Made by a program: the position numbers and the translations under genes. Shown here piece by piece: positions 1 through 11,652 of a stretch of DNA of 64,000 bases. Source of the DNA: Octopus sinensis (Eukaryota); assembly GCF_006345805.1 (NCBI RefSeq), contig NC_043019.1, positions 24,737,360 to 24,801,359 on the forward strand. Direction: 5' to 3'. The notes under the pieces are model-generated. The model was given only the letters and a program-made list of their open reading frames with translations, was not told the origin of the DNA and made no database searches. Each line of letters opens with the position of its first letter. Positions within the stretch are counted from its first letter, which is position 1.

Positions 1-1620
1 CTGCTTTAGACAAAACTTTACGAAACTCTATGGCAATTCTTCACGCTGAGCTCTTGAGGGAAAGCTAATCACTTTAAAACATGAACTCAGGACGATGAGC
101 GAAAACCTCCGCTATCGCAAGCGAATTTTTGAACGAGCCAGTATCAATCGCAAGTTTGCTTCCAACTCACAAGCATTATACAGAGATGAGGAAGGAAAGC
201 ATTACCATTAAGGAAGATCCTTCCCAAGAAGATCCACAATCATTCTGGTAAAAAAATTGGAACAAAAAGAGGGATTTCAACCTGAATGCATCATGGTCAA
301 ATACAATTGAGAGAGAATACTGTATCAGCGCTAACAAAATTGATGCAGAAACCTTCACTATAGCCGTAGGGAAACTGCAGAACGGAAAGGCACCTGGGAG
401 GGACCTAATAGTTGGATATTGGTTACATGCTAGGATCTTCAACTGCTACAAATATCAATGTAACTCATAATTTCTTAGTAGACGATCTCAAGATTTATGC
501 TAAAAGTGTTAACAATGCCAAAAAACAACTGGAATTAATAACAACATTTTCAGCTGATATAAGCATGGGATTTGGTCAAAAGAAGTGTTCATATTTGGTT
601 ATAGAACGAGCAAAGTTAGTCCCCCAAACCCAAAACCTATGCATCAACGGTCTCTCTATCTCCCCCATTCCAGACAAAGAATGTTACCAGTACCTTGGCA
701 TAGATGAAAATGTATCATATGAAGGCACAGTGAATAAAGATAGAGTGACCCGGTAATGTTACACCAGACTTAGGAAAATATGGCAGTCGGAACTCTCCTC
801 TCACAACAAAACATTATCCCACAATGCATTTGCAGTACTAATGTCGATCCCAACATTTGGGATACTTAATTGGTCTGTAGAGGAAATCCACTCCATAGAT
901 ATCAAAACCCGCAAAATCCTGACAACTGGGAACTTCCACAGAAACAGAGATGTTGATAGGCTCTACCTAAGAAGAAATGAAGGAGGTATAGGCCTGAGAT
1001 CAGTGCCGACGGCCTTCGAATGTCGTATGGTATCATTCAAGCTGCACCCAATGAACAACAGCAGCAAAAATAAATATATTAATGCAGTACTGAAAAGTGA
1101 AGAGAGCAACATCGTACGAGTAGGCAGTGAACTCCTCAAGAAACACTCTCTGCCTGATGATCTCCTATACACCCTCAAAACAGCTGGGCTCTCTTACCTC
1201 AGAGGAGACCTGGGTGGAAAGCACTCACCATACAAAAAAAGACCATGCATAGTTAAGTTGCCCGGAAGCTTGAAGGAGACACTAGAATTGACACAAAGCG
1301 CAGCCTCTCTTGGACGCAAGACCACTACATCGCATCGCACTTTGAAGGCTATGAGTTTGCAATCCAAGAACTGGGGATTGCTAGTAAGTACCTGGTGAAC
1401 AAGAGAGACAGTGACGCTCTTGTAATCCCAAGGTGCAGCCGCATGTGTAGGCTATGTCATGTTTCTGTGGAAGACGTCACGCATGTGATTAGCAGCTGTC
1501 CTAAAATGTCGTCACGGTACTACCACCTTATGCGGCCCGATGTTGTTGCTAAAACAATTTACAATGCCATCCGCAAGAAAGACTGTCCTGAAATAAACTT
1601 AGAAAAATCTCTCTGTTATG
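1..1620 (+). mobile_element. Degenerate R4/Dong-like non-LTR retrotransposon fragment (RT plus CCHC knuckle), frameshifted and internally deleted
   Basis: Translated pieces: KLQNGKAPGRDLIVGYW (early RT), FLVDDLKIYAKS (YxDD motif), DVDRLYLRRNEGGIGL, CRLCHVSVEDVTHVISSCP (CCHC). Multiple stops and frameshifts. Confidence 0.8.
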
Positions 1621-1837
1621 GAAAGAGAAATCGACCGGCTGATTCGTACATTACAAATGCAATCTGTGAGTTGAACAGTAAAAATATGCAAGACTTTTCT
1701 CAAGTTCCAAATGTGAACTTGTCTATGTTAACTAATTCCCAAACATGGAGCCTTGTCTCTTTGTTTGAAACCGGCTCCCTCCTCACTAGAAGATTTATAA
1801 TAATTAAGAAAAATAGAAAACATATATACATACATTA

Positions 1838-2215
1838 TTATTATGGCTGTCCCCTCGTTATCGAATATGGCCATTGCACGAAGCTTAACTGTTACTGGTG
1901 CTGTGATCGAATGTGACTTTTTCGCCCAGCTAAAGATCTACAATGTCTTGTACAAAATTGGCAACTAAAACCTTTACTGGTAATAGCCGGCTGTAGTTGT
2001 AACTGGGCTTCGTGTACCTTTGCATGTCGTTTAAGTCCTCCTGCCGAATTACACTCTCTTCCACATGCCCGACAGATATGATTAGTACGGTGTGTTACAC
2101 CACCACCAGTGGCCAGGTTGTCACTCGTCTGTCTCGTTTTACGACTACGAAGATGGCTCTTGAGTCCAGCTTTACTGAGGCAGGGTCTTGCACAGACATT
2201 GCATGTCAGCATCAA
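1838..2215 (-). mobile_element. 5'-truncated RTE-like LINE 3' end encoding three C2H2-type fingers
   Basis: ORF 2251-1892: CNVC..HLRS, CRAC-x12-HAKVH, CQFC-x12-HIRSQH. It is followed by a short 3' UTR ending GGGACAGCC-ATAATAATAAT. Confidence 0.6.
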
Positions 2216-3001
2216 ACATACATACATACATACATACACATAAACAGGCACACGTGCACGCCCACAGGCGCGTGCGTATGTGTGTAAGTAAGAGGTGTAA
2301 ATCGTCGCAATTTCTCAGAATATTAAAAAGAAACTGAAAGAAACACAAACAAAACATGTTACTAAATTGCTGACATGGACAGTTGACATAAATTAATATT
2401 TTTTATCTTTCTAATCTCTCTTTTCAGATTTTGGACTTTGTAACTTGAGTATTATTAGTCACTTTTGGCTGATTATATTTAGGCAGGATGAGCTAACAAC
2501 AAAAGCAGTCTGTTTCGAAGAAATCCTTGTTACTATATAAACGAATATTTCGTCTCCTTGTTTTTTGGTGAAACTTATCTGTCACTTTCCTTATTTATTT
2601 TACACGAAATCTACATTTATTCAGTTCGTTTCTTTCTAATAAGCCGTAGTATTTCTATCACCGATGCTCCATTGATCCTTGTTCTCACAAAAAATTGTGG
2701 TTTTAAAAAAATTACCAAAACACTACAAACGGGAATTTATAACTAAAGTCGATCACGATGCGAACATCAAATTTCCTCGCTTTAATTTTACTCGTAAGTA
2801 TTATTTTATATTTCGTTTTGGGATTTGGTTTGCAAGATTCTTTATATGAGTTCGTGTGTTGAAGCATATTCTGTTGTGTCTGGGGAGAGTCATTCTCTTT
2901 TGAGTGTGTTAAATAATAAGGTACTAAAAGAGAATGACTCTCCCCAGACACAACAGAATATTATTTTATATATATGCTGTGAATTTCGTTATACTCTCTC
3001 A

Positions 3002-3158
<157 letters not shown>

Positions 3159-4499
3159 GAGTAGCGTAGCTAGAGTGTTTGCCGTCTACTTCCAGCCCGG
3201 GCCTTCTATCCTACACTGTCAAGTAGCAACCAGCGAGAGAACTTGTCACTGCCACTACAATTACCGTATTTTCCAGTGTATAAGCTGCTATTTGTTTTGT
3301 TTTACCTTCATGTTTTGATAATGTTATCTTTTATCTAATAAAGACTTTTATATTGACGAAATGTGTTTGTTGTTGACTATAGTAAGATGAAATCACAACA
3401 ATAACAATACATCTCATAGTTGTAAAAGAAGGCATTTTGAAACTACATATACGTCAACAACAAAACAAAGCTAACTGCGGACTCGTTGCTCTATAGGTCT
3501 GTTAAACACCGGCGCGCTTTATGTGTGGATAAAACAGCGATGTTGGGCAAACAAATAAATATATGTAAATAATATTTCTTCCTTCTTGGTGTTGATTCTT
3601 CGAACAGAGTGGTGACATTTAGTAGAGATGACCCGGAAGTTGTTCCTCTTCGATTACTATCGCAAACAGTAGTAGCTTTCTTCAACCGAATACACGTCGC
3701 TGATTGGTTGAAATTACCCAAATACGACAACTTTAACACGAAATAACTTCTAAAGTACCAAATTTGTCAAAAATGTTCAAAGTAAACCGTGTTCTGCGTG
3801 AGCCATTCCACCAGTATACGAAGTTTCAAACTGTTTAGTTAAAAAAAATTAATTTAAAAAATCTGTGAGCCAAACTGAACAAAACCTTATTACTATTATT
3901 ATTATTATTATGGCGCACATGACGGAGACGTAACCCGACCCCTCCCCCACTTCAAAAACCTTTTTTAAATCTTTTTATGGAAAACCCACATTTTCGGATA
4001 TGGAGATTCCGATTCTGAAAAACAATTTGCAAAAATCGCATTTCTAAATTTCAATTCCACCGCGTTCGACTTTACCTTTCATCCTTACGGGGTCGATAAA
4101 ATACGTGCCAATTGAACACTGGGGTTGATGTCATCGGCTTACGCGCTTCCCCGAAATTGCTGGCCTTGTGCCAAAATTTGAAATCATCATTATTGTTGTT
4201 ATTGTTGTAGACGTCGTCGTCGTCGTTGTCGTTGTTGTTGTTGTTCTCAAGCTGTTACATGCTTCGATAATTAACAGGAATCTTTACTTGAGGTTTTGGT
4301 GACACAACTCTCCTCAAATCTCAAGAATCTTTCTTAGGATTTTTGCAGAAGACAGGGATGCACTTTTCTGCACATCAACAACGCCTATCTCAATTCCGTT
4401 CTGCCTCGGTTTATTCCATAGCAATTGGAAAATTGTTCGAAGTACACCAATAGTACACCATAATTTCAACAATATGATCAGTCTTTATGGGGAAGTCCC

Positions 4500-4790
4500 A
4501 TAAAATCCTATGTCATCACGTATCTACTGATGGGACACGATGTAGCTAGAACGCTATATAATGAAATTCGTCAGAAGGATAATTTCGATGTCCCAGTGAA
4601 GACCTCAATAAAATATAAGCATAATAGACCTGACATAATGATTTGGGATAGAGTAGAGAAACTGTGTACAGTTGTGGAAATTAGCTGCCCAGCGGATGTT
4701 TACATAAAGCTGAAGATCAGCGAAAAAGAAAACATCTACACTGAACTATTGGGAAATCTGCAGTTATTCTATCCAGATTACAAGTTCCCA
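4500..4790 (+). mobile_element. R4/Dong-like restriction-like endonuclease (REL) fragment
   Basis: KHNRPDIMIWD...TVVEISCP..KISEKENIY has the PD-(D/E)xK REL pattern. Confidence 0.75.
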
Positions 4791-4889
4791 CTGAAACACG
4801 TTTAGTTCCTTCATATTAACTAAAGTATTATATAATTAAGGAAGTACATTAAATACCCAGCTGGACATTTTAGTTATATCCTTTAAGTA

Positions 4890-5030
4890 TTAGGTTGTCC
4901 CAAAAGTTCGTAAACACTTGCGAAAATTGAATTTTTACTCGCCAAGTACTAACAAAAACAACAAAAATTATTCATCAAAATAAAGACCATTATTTTCCAA
5001 GACTTTCTACGAACTTTTGGGACAACCTTA
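4890..5030. mobile_element. 141-bp mariner-type MITE
   Basis: TIRs TTAGGTTGTCCCAAAAGTTCGTA / TACGAACTTTTGGGACAACCTTA, flanked by TA (4888-4889 and 5031-5032). Confidence 0.85.
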
Positions 5031-5349
5031 TATTATTTCGTGATGTGCAAACTGATGCCATGAGTTTACTGTAAGATATACTTATTAGGATATTTTTGCA
5101 TTTTCTGAAATAGAATACCCACTTATGGATTAATCCCCCAAAATTAAATATTGACTTTAATAAAATATTTTGTATATTTATAGATAAATATATAAATATA
5201 TAAATATACGATAAATAAGACTCCAAGGTACGATATGTAGATGCATATAACGCTGTAGGGTTACACCTGATTGATTTTAGCTGATTATATTTAAGCAGGA
5301 TGAACTAACAACAAAAACGGCCTTAATTCCCAATTCTCAAAATAGATAC

Positions 5350-5575
5350 CTATTTCTTTATTACCCACAAGGGGCTAAACACAGAGGGGACAAACAAGGA
5401 CAGACATAGGTATTAAGTCGATTACATTGACGCCAGTGCGTAACTGGTACTTAATTAATCGACCCCGAAAGGATGAAAGGAAAAGTCGACCTCGGCGGAA
5501 TTTGAACTCAGAACGTAACGGCAGAGGAAATACGGCTACGCAATTCGTCCGACGTGCTAACGTTTCTGCCAGCTA
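5350..5575 (-). mobile_element. tRNA-derived SINE family A (core TTCTGAGTTCAAATTCCGCCGAGGTCGAC). Other copies near 4070, 12860, 18000, 18140, 31640, 35560, 35800, 38760, 45905, 46420, 47290, 48210, 51400, 54830 and 58545
   Basis: Many recognisable homologous copies with a Pol III B-box-like GAGTTCAAAT. Confidence 0.85.
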
Positions 5576-5764
5576 ATAGATACCGCTCAATGTTTTAATG
5601 AAACTGTTGACCTTGTTCACTCCTTCGCATTGTACTTGTTTACATGTTTGTTTGTTTTTATATACAATGTCCTAAGCGCTTTTGGGCCCTTGCACCACTT
5701 TATAATTCATATATAATTCAGGGTGGGAGTGTATTTGTGTATAAAGTATATGTGTATGCAGTGT

Positions 5765-6132
5765 GGAGGCGCAATGGCCCAGTGGTTAGGGCAGTGGACT
5801 CGCGGTTTCGATTCCCAGACCGGGCGTTGTGAGTGTTTATTGAGCAAAAATACCTAAAGCTCCACGAGGCTCCGGCAGGGGATGGTGGTTATCCCTGCTG
5901 TACTCTTTCACCACAACTTTCTCTCACTCTTACTTCCTGTTTCTGTTGTACCTGTATTTCAAGGGGCCGGCCTTGTCACTCTCTGTGTCACGCTGAATAT
6001 CCCGAAAACTACGTTAAGGGTGCACGTGTCTGTGGAGTGCTCAGCCACTTACACGTTAATTTCACGAGCAGGCTGTTCCGTTGATTCGGATCAACCGGAA
6101 CCCTCGTCGTCGTAACCGACGGAGTGCTTCCA
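5765..6132 (+). mobile_element. tRNA(Arg)-like SINE family B, tail type 1 (probably an octopus OR-type SINE)
   Basis: Head GGAGGCGCAATGGCCCAGTGGTTAGG..GGTTTCGATTCCC. Near-identical copies at 20953-21333 (-) and 23494-23861 (-). The family name is from recall and is unverified. Confidence 0.85.
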
Positions 6133-6154
6133 CATATGTGTATGCAGTATGCAC

Positions 6155-6745
6155 GATTGTCATTGTTCAGTTTTATTTCAAGATTTCTCGCCAATAGAGA
6201 AAGAACCGGTTTCTAACCTAGATTCAAGGGTCCTTCATTGGAATTTCAACATCAACAGGGTATTTTGTATGTATGTTTTTATGTGTGTATAAGTGCAGAT
6301 TTGTATGTTTTGCTTTATGTATGTATTCTCATGCATATAGTTGCATATATAGACATGCTCATATATATTTAAATGATAAACTTCTGGAAAGTTTTACAGA
6401 TTTTTACAGTTCCAGTGACGGATTGGATCTGTAGTCTTCGAATTAGCTTTCTCCTTTCTGGTTTTGAGAAGTCTAATTTCCCAAGATTGGTATGTAACTA
6501 TCCCAGCGCCCCAATAATTACAGGTATAAACCTGAACTTGTAATCTGGATAGAGTAGCTGCAGATTTCTCAATAGTTCAGCGTAGGTATTCTCTTTTTCA
6601 CTGATCTTCAGTTTTGTTAACAACCGCTGGGCAGCTACTTTCCACAACTTTGCACACTTCCTCTTCTGTATCCCAAATCATTATATCAGGTCTGTTGTGC
6701 TTTCATTTTATTAAGGTCTTCACCGGGACATTCCACCAGTAATCC
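6155..6745 (-). mobile_element. 3' end of an R4/Dong-like element (REL domain plus 3' UTR)
   Basis: The reverse complement aligns by eye with 4590-4790 (HNRPDIMIWD) and continues to the ORF end and an AATAAAA-containing UTR. Confidence 0.75.
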
Positions 6746-6757
6746 TTTTTATGTATT

Positions 6758-6792
6758 ATGTATGTATGTATGTATGTATGTATGTATGTATG

Positions 6793-6823
<31 letters not shown>

Positions 6824-6845
6824 GCATGTATGTATTTATGTATGT
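6758..6845. repeat. (TATG)n microsatellite
   Basis: Direct reading. Confidence 0.95.
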
Positions 6846-7254
6846 TTGCATATATATATGCATGGGTGGTTATATATGTTTACTAATGTAAGGTATGCAA
6901 AGATGTGTGTGTGAGTGTGTGTGTGTGTGTGTGGAGAGAGAGAGGGGGTTAGTGCGAAGGTGTCCTCATGGATCAACTGGGGAATAGTTAAACTAAGTAA
7001 TTAGTCAATATTTATAGTTTATTATTTCTCTGATTATAATTATTACCCCCGCCCTACACACACACACACTCGTTCTTTCTCTCTCTTTCTTTCTCTCCCT
7101 CTCTCTCTCTCCTTCTCAGTCTATATAAGGATGTGGTCTGATCCAATATAATCACAGTTGTCAGGGTCTCGTTCATTGAAGTGAAGAGCTGATGGTCACA
7201 ATGGATGGGGGGGAGGGGTCCGTTTCCTGGTCTTTGGCTCCAAATATCACCAAA

Positions 7255-7900
7255 TGTTGTTGTTGTTGTTGTTGTTGGTGGTGGTGTTGGTGGTGGTGGT
7301 GGTGGTGGTGGTCGTCGTCGTCGTCGTCATCGTCGTGAATAGGAGGAACAGCAAGAGAGTAGAGGATGGGGATGAAAATGAGAAGAGGAAGGGGAGAGGA
7401 GAGGAGAGGAGGAGGAGGCGTATGTTCATGGTAATAATGATGCTTCTGTTGTTTTTGTTTGTCCCAAGTCAGCCTTGATTAAATAGACTTATCATCGAAG
7501 GCGCTCCAGCGTGACCATCCAGTCATTATTCCAGACATAGACTATCTATAACCTAGGCTGTCTTTCTTTTAAGGTGACAGGGGGCGATTTGAAAGACATT
7601 TAACTTCTATATTTGACAGGTCAAGCGATGAGGGATGATGTGTCTCGTTGTTGTTGTTGTTGTTGTTGATGATGATGTTGTTGTTGTTGTTGTAGCTGTC
7701 GTTGGTTTTGATGATGACGACGACAATGATGATGATGCTGATGGTGGTGGTGGTGGTGGTGATGGTGGTGGTGGTGGTGGTGGTGGTGGTGGTGGTGGTG
7801 GTGGTGGTGGTTGTGGTGGTGGTGGTGGTGGTTGTGGTGGTGGTGGTGGTGGTGGTAGCGGTGGTGGTGGCGGTGGTGGTGACGATGATGATGGCGATGA
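7255..7900. repeat. Compound triplet low-complexity tracts (GTT/GGT/GTC/GAT)
   Basis: Direct reading; the source of the poly-V/G/T/P ORFs. Confidence 0.95.
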
Positions 7901-8539
7901 CGGGAAGGAGGCGAAGCATAGTAGTGATATTGTAGATAATGATGGTGACCATGATGTTTGCATTGATTTTTATCCTCATTTATCTTTTACATTTGGACTG
8001 CGGTCATGCTGGGGCACCGCCTTGAAGTGTTTTGTTGACCAAATGAAACTCAGTAATCAGTTTTAAAACTTGCGCTTACTCTATCGATCTCTTTCTTTTT
8101 GTTGAACCACTAAATTACGGGAGCGTAAACAAACGAGTCCCGGATGTCAACATAAAGACAGCACATATAATAACACAAATGAGCTGAGATTCTCTACACC
8201 TGTTTCAGACCTGCTTTTAATGATGAACAAAACAATTACATCATAATAAAAAAAAAGACTCAAAAATTCTAGAATGCATTGTGACACTTTCATCACTCTC
8301 AATTGGCACCGAGATGAGAGAGACAAAATACATTCTAGAATTTTGCCATCAAAAAACCTGAATATTAAATTTTAGATTTTAGATTTTAATTCACTTGTAA
8401 AAAACGGGTCTTTTTTTTCACATGATGTAATCGATTTGTATATCAAGAAAACACATATCAAGAAAACACATGTCTGAAACAGCTGTAGAACATTTGCGTT
8501 ATTATTTATGCTACACCACACTCCGAACTTTACCTTGGA

Positions 8540-9510
8540 CCTAAAGTGGATCTTGTGCCTAAACATCTTGAACCTAAACATCTTGAACCTAAACATCTTG
8601 AGCCTAAACATCTTGAACCTAAACATCTTCAACCTAAAGATTTTGAGCCAAAAGATCTTGAACCTAAAGATCTTCAACCTAAAGATTTTCAACCTAAAGA
8701 TCTTCAACCTAAACATCTTGAGCCTAAACATCTTGAAACTAAAGATCTTGAACCTAAACATCTTGAACCTAAAGATCTTGTGCCTAAACATTTTGAACCT
8801 AAAGATCTTGAGCCTAAATATCTTGAGCCTAAAGATCTTGGACCTAAAGATCTTGAACCTAAACATTTTGAGCCTAAACATCTTGAACCTAAACACCCTG
8901 AACCTAAAGACCTTGAGCCTAAAGATCTTGAATCTAAACATCTTGAGCCTAAACATCTTTTAACTAAAGATCTTGAACCTAAACATCTTGAACCTAAACA
9001 TCTTGAACCTAAACATCTTCAGCCTAAAGATCTTAACCTAAAGATCTTCAACCTAAACATCTTAAACCTAAACATCTTCAACCTAAACATCTTCAACCTA
9101 AACATCTTGAGCCTAAAGATCTTCAACCTAAAGATCTTCAACCTAAAGATCTTCAACTTAAAGATCTTGAGTCAAAAGATCTTGAGCCTAAAGATCTTAA
9201 CTTAAAGATCTTAACCTAAAGATCTTGAACCTAAAGATCTTGAGCCTAAAGATCTTAACCTAAAGATCTTAACCTAAAGATCTTGAACCTAAACATCTTG
9301 AACCTAAACATCTTGAACCTAAACATCTTGAACCTAAACACCTTGAACCTAAAGATCTTGAGCCTAAAGATCTTCAACCTAAAGATCTTCAGCCTAAAGA
9401 TTTTCAACCTAAAGATCTTCAACCTAAACATCTTCAACCTAAACATCTTGAACCTAAACATCTTGAACCTAAAGATATTCAGCCTAAAGATCTTGAGCCT
9501 AAAGTGGATC
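8540..9510. repeat. 15-bp minisatellite, about 65 units, consensus CCTAAA(C/G)ATCTT(G/C)A(A/G), with five 14-bp variants
   Basis: Direct reading. Bounded by the direct repeat CCTAAAGTGGATC at 8540-8552 and 9498-9510. Confidence 0.97.
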
Positions 9511-9744
9511 ATGGATTGCATGCTAGAGTATATATATCGTTGTGTGATTTTACATATACGTTGAGTGTACCTGGTCTATACATGCGGATGTATGCATACG
9601 TGGAAGGACAAATCTGTATATGCTCTAGTATGTATGTTAGTCTCCATACACATTGTCGGTACACACTGTCCTTAACTCTACCTGGATGTGCTTATTATTA
9701 AACTACCTCGATCCTATTGGATCCCGAAAATAATTGTGTGTGTA

Positions 9745-9905
9745 TGTGTGCGTGTGTATACGACTGGATTCTTTCAGCATCCGTCAACCAAATCTGCACG
9801 TAAAGCTTTGGTAGGCCTGAAACTATAGCAGAAGACACTTGTCTAATGTTCCATGCAGTGGGACTGAACCCAGAACTACGTGATTGGGATGCAAACTTCT
9901 TACCC
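9745..9905 (-). mobile_element. Partial tRNA-derived SINE family C. Fuller copies at 12161-12550 (+), 30845-31228 (-) and 57905-58252 (+)
   Basis: Shared GGCTGTGTGGTAAGTAGCTTGCTTACCAACCACATGGTTC...GGATTTGGTAGACGGAAACTG. Confidence 0.8.
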
Positions 9906-9996
9906 CACAGTCTGTATTCATTGTTAATGTTTTTACTGTGATTATTAATTGATTTTTTTGTTATTTCTAATTTTACGTTTATCTCATTGTATTCAG

Positions 9997-11652
9997 GTGT
10001 ATGGAATATATACAAGCCCAATCGTGAAACAGCTGGTAAGAAGCGCCCAAACAAATAATGAACGAAATTCAATAACAACAACGATAACAAGAGAATATCC
10101 TGTTGCGATAACGGAGACAACGACATATAAGAATACGAAAATAAGTCTCCGGAATGACACAACCATTTCAGGTGAAGAAATCACTTCGAAAGTAACTACA
10201 CACACAGCATTAGCAAAGGCATCTGGGACGACATCAGCATCAACAACAACGAGACCAACAACAAGAACAGCAACAACAACACCAAGAACAATAACAAAAA
10301 TAGCAACAAAAATAGTAACACCAGCAACTTCAAAAATAGCAACACCAACAGCAACAAAAATAGCAATACCACCAGCAGAAACAGGAACGCCAACAACAAA
10401 AATAACAACTCTAACAACAACAACAACAACAACAACAATAGCAACACCAAAAACAACAACAGTAGCAACGCCAACCCCAACAAAAATAACAACACCAACG
10501 ACAAAAATAGCAACACCACAACCAACACCAAAAACAACAAGAATAGCAACACCAACAACAGCAAAAATAGTGACAACACCAACAACAAAAGCAGCAACAA
10601 CACCGACAACAAAAATAGCAACACCAAAAACAACAACAGTAGCAACGCCAACCCCAACAAAAATAACAACACCAACGACAAAAATAGCAACAACACCACC
10701 AACAAAAATAGCAACAACACCACCAACAAAAATAGCAACAACACCACCAACAAAAATAGCAACACCAAAAACAACAACAGTAGCAACGCCAACCCCAACA
10801 AAAATAACAACACCAACGACAAAAATAGCAACAACACCAGCAACAAAAATAGCAACAACACCGCCAACAAAAATAGCAACAACACCGCCAACAAAAATAG
10901 CAACAACACCACCAACAAAAATAGCAACAACACCGCCAACAAAAATAGCAACAACACCACCAACAAAAATAGCAACAACACCGCCAACAAAAATAGCAAC
11001 AACACCGCCAACAAAAATAGCAACAACACCAACAACAAAAATAGCATCAACACCGCCAACAAAAATAGCAACAACACAGCCAACAAAAATAGCAACAACA
11101 CCGCCAACAAAAATAGCAACAACACCACCAACAAAAATAGCAACAACACCGCCAACAAAAATAGCAACAACAACAACAAAAATAGCAACAACACCACCAA
11201 CAAAAATAGCAACAACACCGCCAACAAAAATAGCAACAACACCACCAACAAAAATAGCATCAACACCGCCAACAAAAATAGCAACAACACCAACAACAAA
11301 AATAGCAACACCAACAGCAACAAAAACCTCAAAAATTACAAGTGCATCAACAATAAAAACAACAACACCAGACATATCAACTGGAGGTTTTTCAACTGAT
11401 CAATCTTTCCCGTCAACCTCCGTGACTAACAACAACACAATGACGACATCTACGTCCAAACATGGCTCAAATAAAAAACATTCAGTGTCTACAGCAGCCA
11501 TTGTCGTGAGTACCATCTTCAGTCTTGGCGTCGCCATTGGATTCTTTATTGTGGCATATAGAATCATCAGGAAGCGTTGGTTCGTTGCCGAAGGATATAA
11601 CTTACTGGACTTGGAAGAAGTCACTACTGATCGTGAGCCGAAGAAATACTAG
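9997..11652 (+). CDS. Terminal coding exon of an orphan Thr/Pro-rich mucin-like type I membrane protein (first exon and signal peptide not located)
   Basis: Branch-like CTAAT and a pyrimidine tract lead to CAG|GTG at 9996/9997, in frame. The 1.65-kb frame is stop-free, with TKIATTPP repeats, TM segment AAIVVSTIFSLGVAIGFFIVAY, basic RIIRKR, a short tail containing EGYNLL, a stop, and AATAAA at 11776. Confidence 0.78.
   Translation: MYGIYTSPIVKQLVRSAQTNNERNSITTTITREYPVAITETTTYKNTKISLRNDTTISGEEITSKVTTHTALAKASGTTSASTTTRPTTRTATTTPRTITKIATKIVTPATSKIATPTATKIAIPPAETGTPTTKITTLTTTTTTTTIATPKTTTVATPTPTKITTPTTKIATPQPTPKTTRIATPTTAKIVTTPTTKAATTPTTKIATPKTTTVATPTPTKITTPTTKIATTPPTKIATTPPTKIATTPPTKIATPKTTTVATPTPTKITTPTTKIATTPATKIATTPPTKIATTPPTKIATTPPTKIATTPPTKIATTPPTKIATTPPTKIATTPPTKIATTPTTKIASTPPTKIATTQPTKIATTPPTKIATTPPTKIATTPPTKIATTTTKIATTPPTKIATTPPTKIATTPPTKIASTPPTKIATTPTTKIATPTATKTSKITSASTIKTTTPDISTGGFSTDQSFPSTSVTNNNTMTTSTSKHGSNKKHSVSTAAIVVSTIFSLGVAIGFFIVAYRIIRKRWFVAEGYNLLDLEEVTTDREPKKY

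Noticed and set aside
5765-5830. tRNA genes at SINE heads (also 12161, 42644 and 57905)
   Set aside because: No complete cloverleaf; each continues into a dispersed SINE body.
7422-7478. MFMVIMMLLLFLFVPSQP as the missing mucin signal-peptide exon
   Set aside because: It lies within low-complexity sequence and has no convincing phase-0 donor.
7247-8066. Poly-Gly, poly-Pro, poly-Thr and poly-Val ORFs
   Set aside because: Triplet low-complexity tracts open in nearly all frames, with no splice or domain support.
8372-9564. EPKHL, LNLKI and MFRFK ORFs as a confirmed protein
   Set aside because: Five 14-bp units shift the frame into TAA stops and openness is expected from the unit sequence. Kept only as a hypothesis.
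9949-9996. TTG-initiated MIFLLFLILRLSHCIQ as a signal peptide
   Set aside because: Non-ATG start; the sequence is a branch point, pyrimidine tract and AG acceptor.
9993-11375. Antisense 460-aa and 378-aa hydrophobic ORFs
   Set aside because: They are shadows of the ACA/CCA-rich mucin repeat on the opposite strand.
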